Positions 8,998 to 17,754 of a DNA stretch of 64,000 bases are shown here, in pieces. The position numbers and the translations under genes are program-made. The notes under the pieces are model-generated. The model did no database searches. It saw only the letters and a list, made by a program, of their open reading frames with translations, and was not told where the DNA came from. The stretch comes from an uncultured Candidatus Saccharibacteria bacterium. Its GTDB lineage: Bacteria; Patescibacteriota; Saccharimonadia; Saccharimonadales; JAGQNK01. The stretch is taken from positions 41,687 through 105,686 of the forward strand of contig CAZWRG010000001.1 of assembly GCA_964636355.1 (NCBI GenBank), in the 5' to 3' direction. Every line of letters starts with the position of its first letter. Position 1 is the stretch's first letter.

Positions 8998-11259
8998 TTA
9001 TAGAACTGGCGGTAAAGTGCTGAACGAAGCCGCGCCACCCCGCCCGCCTGAACCAGACCTCAACCACAACTCAGGTGTATAGATAAATACCTCCGCCGGA
9101 TCACCGCCAGCTTGGTAATTTTCATTAGTCGTTGCATTGCCGACTGTACCAGGCGTCCTGGAGAACTTTATCTGATCAGCCACCACGGCTCCGTAAACCG
9201 TCAATTTGTTATTACACATACCATTCCTTAGCAAAGGACCATTTGGCGGAAGTGGCCGGTTTACATACCTACCACAAGTATAGAATCTTCCCGTTGGATC
9301 AGCCCTATCCTCATCTCTTATTGCAACGAATAGGCCACTTATCTCTGAAACTGAACCTCTAATATATATATTTCCCTTAACAATTAGCCTGAACTGAGGG
9401 ATCTGATCAATGTTGCTATACATGCCCCCGGCATAGGTTATATTGTCTTCGATTATTACATCCCCTTTTATATATTTAGTCTCAGTCTGACCCATACCTA
9501 AGTTTCTACCGAATAGCCGCTGACTTCCCTCGGGATTATTGGGAGCTGTTGACCAGTAGTTAGGTCCGCAAGATAGTGCTGCCTGCTCTAAATTACCACC
9601 GTACTCAACTGATTCTGGCAGATTGGCAAAGCTTAGTCCTTTAGGCACATTCCTAAACTGCGCCGAAGCAAATCCGGTTATCTCGCCGAGAGCAAAAACT
9701 GCTAATTGCGCCCCGGCTCCGGAGTAGCTCGAGCTACCGTTGCTGCGGCCCCTGATAAATGCACTTTCGTTGACACTACAAGCTCCGTCTGAACCAGTGG
9801 CCGACATCCCCGCCAAAACATCCCCGCCATAAACCTTATGATACGGGAGAGTAGAAATATCTACCTCTTCACCCTCAGCACACAACACAGATCTATTAGT
9901 GATGGTACCTCCAGAGCCAGGATTCCATATCCTTATCCTGTATCTTATATGATAACTATCCGAACTGTTTATAAGCAAATTCTCAAATACACTCTCTGTA
10001 CCCCAAGCTGGCGCTAAACTTCTTGCACTAGTCACTGGAAATCCTGGCAGTGGATTATTTCCTTGTGAGTCTGATGAAATATTCAATACGATGTCGTATC
10101 TTAAATCCCTGGCTCTCCCCTGTGTACCAAAATTCTCAAGGTTAAGTCTGGCAGTTAGGTTAAATTGCTCACCTGGCTCTGGAGTGCCGACGTCAATATC
10201 ATATCCGCCGCAAGCCACGTTAGCACAAGCTGGTAGTGTCACATTATCATGGTGAGTAGTACCTAAAATTAATACCCGATATCCTTCGTCATAAACTGTA
10301 AAGTACTTTCTAACATCAAACTCAAACACATATCCATGCCATCTTCCTGCAGGATTAGTAGATGGTAGGTTTGCCAGCATTCGCTCAACCTCTACATACT
10401 GCCCATTAGGATTCCGTCTTTGAAGGACAACATTTTTAGGACTTGGGTCTCCCATTATGCGTGCACCGCCACGAATGATTCCACTATCACAGGTTCCACC
10501 TGCACTGATAAATATGGAAGTGCCCACATTTATTCTTATAGTTCTATATATTGTATTTTCTGGGCAGTTCGTACCACTTAGACCATTTGATGCAATCGCA
10601 CCACCATCAACACACCTATAGATGCCTCCTTCATATCTATGAACCATTCTATATTTATAGGCAACCTGGATGGTATGAGTCTGACCTGGAGCAAGACCGG
10701 ATAACCCAGATAGTCTGAAGACCTGAAATGCTGGGCCGAACCCGCTCACGACATATCTTTGATTATAAAAATGTGAGGGTCCGTAATCCAAGGTTACGTC
10801 ATAAGGGAAAGGTGCTGTCGTAGTGCCCGCTACTGCTCCAATAGATACACCCGGGGTTGAAGCCGTAAGGCTAACTGTATTAGTCCTTGTCTCTTGAATC
10901 GATTTGTCTACTATATTACCGCTTGAATCTATATTGGAATTGCAGTGCCTTGAAAGTGAGTTGATCATAAGATCAACTGATTCCGTACCTGCCTCAACAT
11001 TTATTTCTTGAACCCAGTTAGCGCCTCTCTGCGACAGCCAAACATCTTGGCCATGTTTGTGAATAGGGCTACTATTATCGATTCGGCAGAGATTCGCATT
11101 TGGATCGCCTGGCCTAACAATAAAATCGGGAACAGTATCGGTATTTTCCTCAATAGCACTGGCTTGTGCAGGTAGACCAAATATGAACAAACCGGTCAAC
11201 AGCGCAGCCAGCACCAAGCATTTTGTTTTAGTTTGTGGGTTACTAATGCTCATAATCAA
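8998..11259 (-). CDS. Large secreted Cys-containing protein of unknown function at the head of the T4P operon; candidate pilus-associated adhesin.
   Basis: 753 aa. Cleavable signal peptide (...LPAQASA/IEE). Many Cys residues, Gly/Asn/Ser-rich, no TM segment. 4-nt overlap with the upstream 176-aa gene. No recognisable domain by eye. Confidence 0.6.
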   Translation of the reverse strand: MIMSISNPQTKTKCLVLAALLTGLFIFGLPAQASAIEENTDTVPDFIVRPGDPNANLCRIDNSSPIHKHGQDVWLSQRGANWVQEINVEAGTESVDLMINSLSRHCNSNIDSSGNIVDKSIQETRTNTVSLTASTPGVSIGAVAGTTTAPFPYDVTLDYGPSHFYNQRYVVSGFGPAFQVFRLSGLSGLAPGQTHTIQVAYKYRMVHRYEGGIYRCVDGGAIASNGLSGTNCPENTIYRTIRINVGTSIFISAGGTCDSGIIRGGARIMGDPSPKNVVLQRRNPNGQYVEVERMLANLPSTNPAGRWHGYVFEFDVRKYFTVYDEGYRVLILGTTHHDNVTLPACANVACGGYDIDVGTPEPGEQFNLTARLNLENFGTQGRARDLRYDIVLNISSDSQGNNPLPGFPVTSARSLAPAWGTESVFENLLINSSDSYHIRYRIRIWNPGSGGTITNRSVLCAEGEEVDISTLPYHKVYGGDVLAGMSATGSDGACSVNESAFIRGRSNGSSSYSGAGAQLAVFALGEITGFASAQFRNVPKGLSFANLPESVEYGGNLEQAALSCGPNYWSTAPNNPEGSQRLFGRNLGMGQTETKYIKGDVIIEDNITYAGGMYSNIDQIPQFRLIVKGNIYIRGSVSEISGLFVAIRDEDRADPTGRFYTCGRYVNRPLPPNGPLLRNGMCNNKLTVYGAVVADQIKFSRTPGTVGNATTNENYQAGGDPAEVFIYTPELWLRSGSGGRGGAASFSTLPPVL

Positions 11260-11786
11260 TCAAAGTAAATCGTATTATTTTTAACTTCTTCTGTTCTCTC
11301 CCTTAGCCTATCTATATCGTCAGACAAATCCTTAATGTCAGCCGAACGGTATCTGTAAACCGGCGGAAAGCCCTGGCTCTCATCATATACTTCAGCCAAG
11401 ATATTATAATTACTCTCGCTATCAGACAGATTTCCAGTATTCACACTATAAATAGCTACTGGGTACATACAAGCAACATCGGTTTCGTACTTGTCGAACT
11501 GTTTTATTTTATCTACTTGCTCTTTTAATTTGTCCTTTTCTAGAGGCATAAGATATTTTGCTACCTCATTTTGAACGTCTACTCCGCAAACAACCTCGTC
11601 TTTTTCGCTAACAAATAAACCGTTCTTATACAGAGCAAAACCAACCGCGGGAATAACTAAAATTAAACCCATTCCGACCAGTAATATACCTCGCCGATTT
11701 AGCCTGCGTTTAGTGTTATTAGAAGCAGAATCTATAGGCTTATCAGGTTTTTTATCAGGAGTTTTGCGTAATTTTATAGATTTCAT
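11256..11786 (-). CDS. Membrane-anchored protein: basic N-terminus, one TM segment, extracytoplasmic domain with 3 Cys
   Basis: 176 aa. First gene of the operon. Translationally coupled to the 753-aa gene by an ATGA overlap. Confidence 0.5.
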   Translation of the reverse strand: MKSIKLRKTPDKKPDKPIDSASNNTKRRLNRRGILLVGMGLILVIPAVGFALYKNGLFVSEKDEVVCGVDVQNEVAKYLMPLEKDKLKEQVDKIKQFDKYETDVACMYPVAIYSVNTGNLSDSESNYNILAEVYDESQGFPPVYRYRSADIKDLSDDIDRLRERTEEVKNNTIYFD

Positions 11787-11878
11787 AGCATTAGCACTTT
11801 GGTATTAATCATAAACCAATTAACGACTAAATAAAAGCCCGGAAGCCCAAGCAGTGGGCTAGACTAGTGTCTCAAAAA

Positions 11879-11907
11879 TTGAGAATCTACTCTACCTCTG
11901 TTATAAT
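11879..11907 (+). promoter_or_regulatory. Sigma70-type promoter for ychF
   Basis: TTGAGA, 17-nt spacer, TATAAT. The ATG lies 11 nt downstream, giving a very short leader. Confidence 0.5.
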
Positions 11908-11918
11908 TACATTTAACT

Positions 11919-13007
11919 ATGGCGAGTTTATCTATTGCGATTGTGGGGTTGCCGAATGTTGGCAAGTCAACGCTTTTTAACGCCCTGACCGACAATAATA
12001 TTTTGGCGGCTAACTATCCTTTTGCAACGATCGAGCCAAACACCGGGATTGTGCCAGTGCCGGACGAACGTCTCAGCAAATTGGCTGAAATTTATGGATC
12101 AAGTAAAATTCTGCCAGCCACAGTTACTTTTGTGGACATTGCCGGACTGGTTGAAGGCGCCAGCCAAGGCGAAGGCTTAGGCAATCAGTTCTTGAGTCAC
12201 ATTAGAAGCTGCAATGCTATTTGCCAAGTGGTGCGCGCTTTTGAAGACCCCAATGTACTCAGAAGCGATTCCAGCAAAGACCCGCTGCATGACATTGAAA
12301 TTATTAATACCGAACTGACGATTGCCGATCTCCAAACCGTCGAAAAACGGCTGCCAAGAACCCAGAAAGAAGCCCGGGCTAACCCCAAGCTAAAACCCTT
12401 GGCCGAGCTGATAGAAAAAATCAAAAACCAACTAAACCAAGGCCAGCCTCTGTGGAAAAACCCCGAACTCTTAGAGCAATATCAGGAACAAGCCAGCGAC
12501 CTACAGCTCCTCACCGCTAAGCCAATAATATATTTATTCAACTTGGATGATAATCAATTAAACAATGAGTCAAAAAAACAAGAATTGGCCAAACTGGTGG
12601 CGCCGGCTAAGTCAGTGATGGTTAGCGCTAAACTGGAGGATGAACTGCGCGGCCTGGATCAAGATGACCGTCTGGAAATGCTGGAAAGCTACGGCCAGGA
12701 CGAGCCGGGTCTCAACAAAGTTATTCACGCCGCCTATAACACCTTGGGGCTGCAAAGTTACTTAACCGCCGGGCCAAAAGAAGTTCGGGCTTGGACGATT
12801 AAAAAAGGCTCCACTGCCCCGGAGGCCGCCGGCGTAATTCATGGCGACTTCGAAAGAGGCTTTATTGCCGCACAAATTATTGACTACAATGATCTAATAG
12901 AAGCCGGCTCCGAACAAGCCGCCAAAGCCGCCGGCAAAATGCGTACCGAAGGCAAATCCTACATTATGCAGCCAAACGATGTAGTTGAGTTCCGGTTCAA
13001 CGTGTAG
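11919..13007 (+). CDS. ychF: Ribosome-binding ATPase YchF (Obg-family GTPase)
   Basis: 362 aa. G1 motif GLPNVGKST. C-terminal TGS-like region. Confidence 0.9.
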   Translation: MASLSIAIVGLPNVGKSTLFNALTDNNILAANYPFATIEPNTGIVPVPDERLSKLAEIYGSSKILPATVTFVDIAGLVEGASQGEGLGNQFLSHIRSCNAICQVVRAFEDPNVLRSDSSKDPLHDIEIINTELTIADLQTVEKRLPRTQKEARANPKLKPLAELIEKIKNQLNQGQPLWKNPELLEQYQEQASDLQLLTAKPIIYLFNLDDNQLNNESKKQELAKLVAPAKSVMVSAKLEDELRGLDQDDRLEMLESYGQDEPGLNKVIHAAYNTLGLQSYLTAGPKEVRAWTIKKGSTAPEAAGVIHGDFERGFIAAQIIDYNDLIEAGSEQAAKAAGKMRTEGKSYIMQPNDVVEFRFNV

Positions 13008-13665
13008 TTTGATTTGCCCAATGTAGCGGCAGAGTTTCTATAATTTTTATAATGCCGTCCGGCTCTGGAATGGTGTTGTCTTCGTAATAATGATTAGTGT
13101 CAAAGAAATCTGCCGGCACGTTCAAACAGATTAGCCCGTCGCCCATAAGATGCATCTTATCAACCGCTGTCACACTTGCGAACGGTGTCACAATGATCAA
13201 TTTTTTGGTTTTAACGGGCTTCAAATAGTCATAAGCCAGATCAAGCGACATCCCGTTTTGCAAGCCATCAGAAACTAAAATAACCACTCGGTTTTTGAGC
13301 AAATCCTGGTTAATCTCGCCGCCCTCACCAAGCAGCACGTGCAGCCGCCGCAACTTCTCCAAACGCTGCGCTTCAATATGATTAATGTACTCACTGTGCA
13401 TGGCCTCAATTTCTCCGGTCGAGAAACGGTTGTTGTAAGTAAAGGTATTGTTAGAGGTTATCGCCGCCAGCGGCTCGTGCTCACCTGGCAGCACAATGTT
13501 TTCGGTCATTAAAATCATCAGTGGCGCATGAATTTGCATGGCAATCTGAGCGCCAACCAACACTGCTCCCGGCGTGAGAGCAATAGTTGCACAATTTTGA
13601 TTACTGTACTCGGTTAGTTGTTTGGCGAGTTGACGACCAGCATCAGCACGGTTTTTGAAATACAT
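12997..13665 (-). CDS. Predicted phosphoribosyltransferase-fold protein (COG1926-like)
   Basis: 222 aa. Starts MYFKNRADAGRQLAKQL. Has a PRPP-binding-like motif VVILVSDGLQNG. Confidence 0.55.
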   Translation of the reverse strand: MYFKNRADAGRQLAKQLTEYSNQNCATIALTPGAVLVGAQIAMQIHAPLMILMTENIVLPGEHEPLAAITSNNTFTYNNRFSTGEIEAMHSEYINHIEAQRLEKLRRLHVLLGEGGEINQDLLKNRVVILVSDGLQNGMSLDLAYDYLKPVKTKKLIIVTPFASVTAVDKMHLMGDGLICLNVPADFFDTNHYYEDNTIPEPDGIIKIIETLPLHWANQTTR

Positions 13666-13705
13666 TATTGATTAGTTTAGGAGTGCCGAGGTAAAAAAGC
13701 AAACT

Positions 13706-14452
13706 TCAGATTATCTTCTTCAGCAGATAGAACCTTTCGCGGTTGCCTTTGGCACCAGTGACTTCAGAGTCGGCCTTGTCGACAATCACGAACAGTTTCT
13801 TTACCCACAACTCAAAGTCCTGCAGAACCTTACGGCGCATTGCATCATTTTTTATAACTCCCTTGTGTTTTAAGCCACTTTGAACTGCTTCAAACTGCGG
13901 CTTAACCATGGCGATAATCTGTGTGTTTTTATCTGTTATTGTGGCAACATGCGGCAAAATCTCGCGAAGCGATATAAAGGAAACGTCACCTACCACCACA
14001 TCAATGTGTTCAGTTGGTCTAAAGTTCCGAATGTCGGTCTTTTCATGTAGCTCAATGCGCGGGTCGCCGTGTAAATTTGGGTGTAGTTGATCGGTTCCTA
14101 ACTCAACCGCATAGACTTTTTTGGCGCCATGCTGCAAGGCATAATCAGTAAATCCGCCAGTACTACTGCCAATATCCAGCACTACTTTGCCCTTAAAATC
14201 TAATTTGAGCATTTTAGCCACCGAGGACAACTTCAGCCCCGCCCGGCTGACATATTGCTCCCTTGTGGTTAGTCTAATTTTGTCGTCGGCCGACACCAGC
14301 GTGCCGGGCTTGGTAATAATTTTTTTATTCACCACCACCTTGCCGAGTCGAATGTAGCTCTCAGCCTGGGAGCGACTGGAAACAATCGCTCGTTTGACTA
14401 ATTCTTGATCAAGCCGGGTTTTGTTGGACGATAGATGTTGGACGCTGGACAT
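13706..14452 (-). CDS. tlyA: TlyA-family rRNA 2'-O-methyltransferase (S4 domain plus FtsJ methyltransferase)
   Basis: 248 aa. N-terminal S4 RNA-binding domain. SAM-binding motif VLDIGSSTGGFTD. Confidence 0.8.
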   Translation of the reverse strand: MSSVQHLSSNKTRLDQELVKRAIVSSRSQAESYIRLGKVVVNKKIITKPGTLVSADDKIRLTTREQYVSRAGLKLSSVAKMLKLDFKGKVVLDIGSSTGGFTDYALQHGAKKVYAVELGTDQLHPNLHGDPRIELHEKTDIRNFRPTEHIDVVVGDVSFISLREILPHVATITDKNTQIIAMVKPQFEAVQSGLKHKGVIKNDAMRRKVLQDFELWVKKLFVIVDKADSEVTGAKGNRERFYLLKKII

Positions 14453-14835
14453 TAGACAGCCTTCTTTGAAGCTTTGTGAGCTTTTAGCAAGCCATTGAGT
14501 AGTTTGTGGGCTATATTTGCGTTGTCTGCTATTACCTGAAAATCTTTGGATGCTATAAATCCCAAATCTCTTGCAAGAATTAGCTGACTTTTGATTTCAT
14601 ACAAAGACCCTGAAGCCATAGTGTAAAAGTGTTCTTTGTCAGCCTGAGTGCTTCTACCATAACCTTCGGCAATATTGGACGTCACGGAAACAGCAGCCCT
14701 CTTAAGCTGCGCACTTAGACCAAACTGTTCAGAGCTAGGAAAATTTTTTGTAAGTTTATATATATCAAGTGAAAGCCTGTGAGATCCCTGCCAAGCCTTG
14801 AGGTCTGTGAAAGAGGTCATTTTCCTATCATCCAT
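14452..14835 (-). CDS. Four-helix-bundle protein (TIGR02436-like; the family often found in 23S rRNA intervening sequences)
   Basis: 127 aa. Motifs LKAWQ...A and SNIAEGYGR are typical of this family. An alternative start at Met6 (14820) is possible. Confidence 0.6.
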   Translation of the reverse strand: MDDRKMTSFTDLKAWQGSHRLSLDIYKLTKNFPSSEQFGLSAQLKRAAVSVTSNIAEGYGRSTQADKEHFYTMASGSLYEIKSQLILARDLGFIASKDFQVIADNANIAHKLLNGLLKAHKASKKAV

Positions 14836-14852
14836 CGTCTATAGTCCAGCGT

Positions 14853-15416
14853 CTACTTCACTCGTTCGCGGTAGGCGCCAGTTGTTGTATCTACAGAAAT
14901 TAGATCGCCAACTTTCACAAAAGCCGGAACCTTCACGGTGATGCCAGTTTCTACGGTTGCGTCTTTTAGCACACTCGATGTCGTGTCACCTTTAACTACG
15001 TCTTCAGTATAGGTCACTTTTAAAGGGACATTTTTAGCTAGCTCAATGTTGATGACTCGACCATCAAAAAACTGAGCTTGAACAATATCACCTTCTTTCA
15101 TAAAGCCCGCCTGCTCGGCCATGTCTTCGGCTGGCAGTTCAAATTGCTCATAGGTGTCTCGATCCATAAAAAAGAACGTAGTGTCGTCTTTGTACAAATA
15201 CTGCACGTTCTTATTGGTCACATCGGCCGATTCTATCGACTCGTTACCCTTGAAGGTTTTGTCTAAAACCTTTCCATCAATCAGGCTCTTGATTTTGACA
15301 TTTACAATTGAGCCGCCGCGGCCCATCACCTTTTGAGCATACTCCACGACTCGATACGGCACGCCGTCCAGCTGAAAAACCTGCCCTTTCTTAAGATCCG
15401 TTACCCCTAGCGCCAT
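14853..15416 (-). CDS. efp: Elongation factor P
   Basis: KKGQVF...VVEYAQ..KxGRGGS matches EF-P. Start moved to the internal Met (MALGVTDLKKGQ), which has a GGAGTG ribosome-binding site 3-4 nt upstream and gives the canonical 188-aa length. The ORF track's longer start (15467) is unlikely. Confidence 0.85.
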   Translation of the reverse strand: MALGVTDLKKGQVFQLDGVPYRVVEYAQKVMGRGGSIVNVKIKSLIDGKVLDKTFKGNESIESADVTNKNVQYLYKDDTTFFFMDRDTYEQFELPAEDMAEQAGFMKEGDIVQAQFFDGRVINIELAKNVPLKVTYTEDVVKGDTTSSVLKDATVETGITVKVPAFVKVGDLISVDTTTGAYRERVK

Positions 15417-15548
15417 ACTCACTCCTTGCTGGTTGATAATTCCTCTTTTACACTTATCATTTTTCAATTAGGTACCATTTTCTATCTCTAGAAACGTGGC
15501 TAATGAATAATAATTTGGTAAATGAAAATTTGTTAACTTGGTAAATTA

Positions 15549-16019
15549 TTAGAATGGAATGTCGTCCAAATTAATCGGCTCATCACCGATGTCCTCTACA
15601 ACAACGTCATCTTTTTTACTTGGCTTGGCTGCGGCTGATCCGCCGCCGCTACCGTTGCCAGAGCCACCGCCCTCGCCGCCGCCGGGACCACCCAGGAAGG
15701 TTACGTCTTGCGCCACAACCTCTACTTTGCTGCGCTTCTTACCAGTTTCCTTATCTTCCCAGCTACTGGACTGCAAACGACCATTGACCAGGCATGGTCG
15801 GCCTTTGCTTAGATACTGCGCCACTCGTTCGCCAAGCGGACCCCAGGCGATTATATCAATGAAATCGGTCGCCTCTTGCCACTCGCCATTACTGCCTTTG
15901 TAGCTGCGATTAAGCGCCAGACCAAAGCTGGTAACACTTGTGCCGCTTGGGGTCTGGCGAACTTCTGGGTCCCGAGTTAGGTTGCCCATTAAAATTACTT
16001 GGTTAAATGATCGAGCCAT
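15549..16019 (-). CDS. ssb: Single-stranded DNA-binding protein
   Basis: OB-fold N-terminus MARSFNQVILMGNLTRDPE. Gly-rich linker. Acidic C-terminal tip DDIPF. Confidence 0.9.
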   Translation of the reverse strand: MARSFNQVILMGNLTRDPEVRQTPSGTSVTSFGLALNRSYKGSNGEWQEATDFIDIIAWGPLGERVAQYLSKGRPCLVNGRLQSSSWEDKETGKKRSKVEVVAQDVTFLGGPGGGEGGGSGNGSGGGSAAAKPSKKDDVVVEDIGDEPINLDDIPF

Positions 16020-16123
16020 TTTAATCCTCCTTACAAGAACTATGTCTTGGATTAGTTTGTTGTACCTTCACACTACGCTGAATTCTGACTATCGTCAAGA
16101 TAGCCCAACTTGGAACCTAAATT

Positions 16124-16327
16124 CTAGTTGCTGGCTACGAATGGCAGCAAAGCAATGTGCCTAGCACGCTTGATGGCGACAGCCAATCGTCGTTGTTCGT
16201 GCTCTTTCAGGCCAGTCTTTTTTCGGGTCTCAATCTGTCCAAATTGATTAACGTAGCGCTGCAAAGTCTTGAAATCTTTGTAGTCGAAATATGGAACATC
16301 TGTTCGGTGTTTAAAAATTTTCGCCAT
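16124..16327 (-). CDS. rpsR: 30S ribosomal protein S18
   Basis: 67 aa. Conserved S18 core ...YKDFKTLQRYVNQFGQI..RKKTGL. Confidence 0.9.
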   Translation of the reverse strand: MAKIFKHRTDVPYFDYKDFKTLQRYVNQFGQIETRKKTGLKEHEQRRLAVAIKRARHIALLPFVASN

Positions 16328-16421
16328 TTTATTCTCCTTTTAAATAGAATTTGAAATCTGGATTTTAGATCATAGAATGGCTGCAGCCGGATTCTAAAAT
16401 CTAAATTCTATAATCTAATTT

Positions 16422-16811
16422 CTAATTTTCTTCATCCTTTTCATCGTCTTCGTCATTGGCGCGGTCACCGCGCTCAGCCTGTTTTTTGGCTTTTTCAGCC
16501 TTCAAAGCTTCGGCTTTAGCAATTGCTTTAAGATCCGGCTTGGTGATCAAAAAGCGAATGACTTCATCGGTGATGTTAAGAGTTGTCTCAACCTTTTTAA
16601 CCGATTCGCCAGGCATTTCTACGGTGTAAAAAACATAAACCGCGTGTTCCTGCTTGGCAATTGTATAGGCCAGTTTTTTCTTGCCCCAATTGTCAGTGCT
16701 TATTACTTTTCCACCGTTATCGGTGAAAATTTTGGTCACCCGCTCTTCGGCTTTCGACAAGTCGATTTCTAGATCCGGATGATATAAAACCGCAATTTCA
16801 TATTGCGCCAT
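16422..16811 (-). CDS. rpsF: 30S ribosomal protein S6
   Basis: MAQYEIAVLYHPDLE... with an acidic C-terminal tail. Forms an rpsF-rpsR-ssb arrangement. Confidence 0.9.
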   Translation of the reverse strand: MAQYEIAVLYHPDLEIDLSKAEERVTKIFTDNGGKVISTDNWGKKKLAYTIAKQEHAVYVFYTVEMPGESVKKVETTLNITDEVIRFLITKPDLKAIAKAEALKAEKAKKQAERGDRANDEDDEKDEEN

Positions 16812-16998
16812 AAGAGTGATTCCTCCGTTGGTTAAAACCCATGCGCTCTTTAATTTTGGCCATGAGTTGAGTTAATAACTCGTTAATTATACAGCTGACA
16901 CCTCTGTTAGTCAAGCATTGCCGCATCAAAATGTTTGACTGAGCCTAACAATTAGCCCAAAATAATAATTAACAATGCAGCGGATGGCCCAAAACTAA

Positions 16999-17754
16999 AT
17001 GATTACCGAGGCGCGACTTTCTCCAGAGCTGCCAGAGAAGTTCGCCCGTCTTTATGACCCAAGTAGTGGCAAGTTCGAGACTCCACTCGATGTAATTGGA
17101 GTTGCTGATATTGATGCAATTTTTGAGTTAGCGCTTTGGACCTATCCAAATCCAGAAAATCTGCCTGAAATCCTGGTCGGCGAGCGTAACATTCACCACG
17201 TATATTTCACTCAAGCTTGGTGGAAGAATTATGCTGACGCCCACCCCGAGCCCGAAAGACAAATAATTTCCGAGTTTAGAGATGGCGTGCCTCAAAAAGC
17301 CTGCATTCCAATTCCAATTCATGCTTGGATAGAATTTATCATGGAGCCGCCTCCGCCGCCGTCAATTGAAGTAATGGATCGATGCAACGCTTCTTGGGAA
17401 GTTGCCTCAATTTTACTTAAAAATGTCATGAAATTTGACGAAGCCAGGCGTAATTATCAATCCAAAAAACACACTAACCGAATTATTTACGGAGATTTTG
17501 AAGGTCTGACCCCAGAATCTGCCAAGCAAGATTTTGAAGTTATGGAGATTTCTAATCAGGAGTATTTATTAAGTGAACTAAACCGTCGACTTAGTGACTG
17601 GAGAGACTCCGCTGGCTTAATTGAGCTGGTACCAAAGGAGTTCAGTTTAATTGAAATGCCCCGATTATCTGAGGTTCGTAGGCTTCAGCGGCGACTGAGC
17701 AAAAAAGGCGCCTTGCTGCCTAAAGGACTGGTTGAACTTGAGCTCGTAGCCTAA
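16999..17754 (+). CDS. Hypothetical protein (orphan), opposite in orientation to its neighbours
   Basis: 251-aa uninterrupted ORF with a PPPPP stretch. No recognisable domain. It converges on ftsK with a 4-nt stop overlap. Confidence 0.45.
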   Translation: MITEARLSPELPEKFARLYDPSSGKFETPLDVIGVADIDAIFELALWTYPNPENLPEILVGERNIHHVYFTQAWWKNYADAHPEPERQIISEFRDGVPQKACIPIPIHAWIEFIMEPPPPPSIEVMDRCNASWEVASILLKNVMKFDEARRNYQSKKHTNRIIYGDFEGLTPESAKQDFEVMEISNQEYLLSELNRRLSDWRDSAGLIELVPKEFSLIEMPRLSEVRRLQRRLSKKGALLPKGLVELELVA

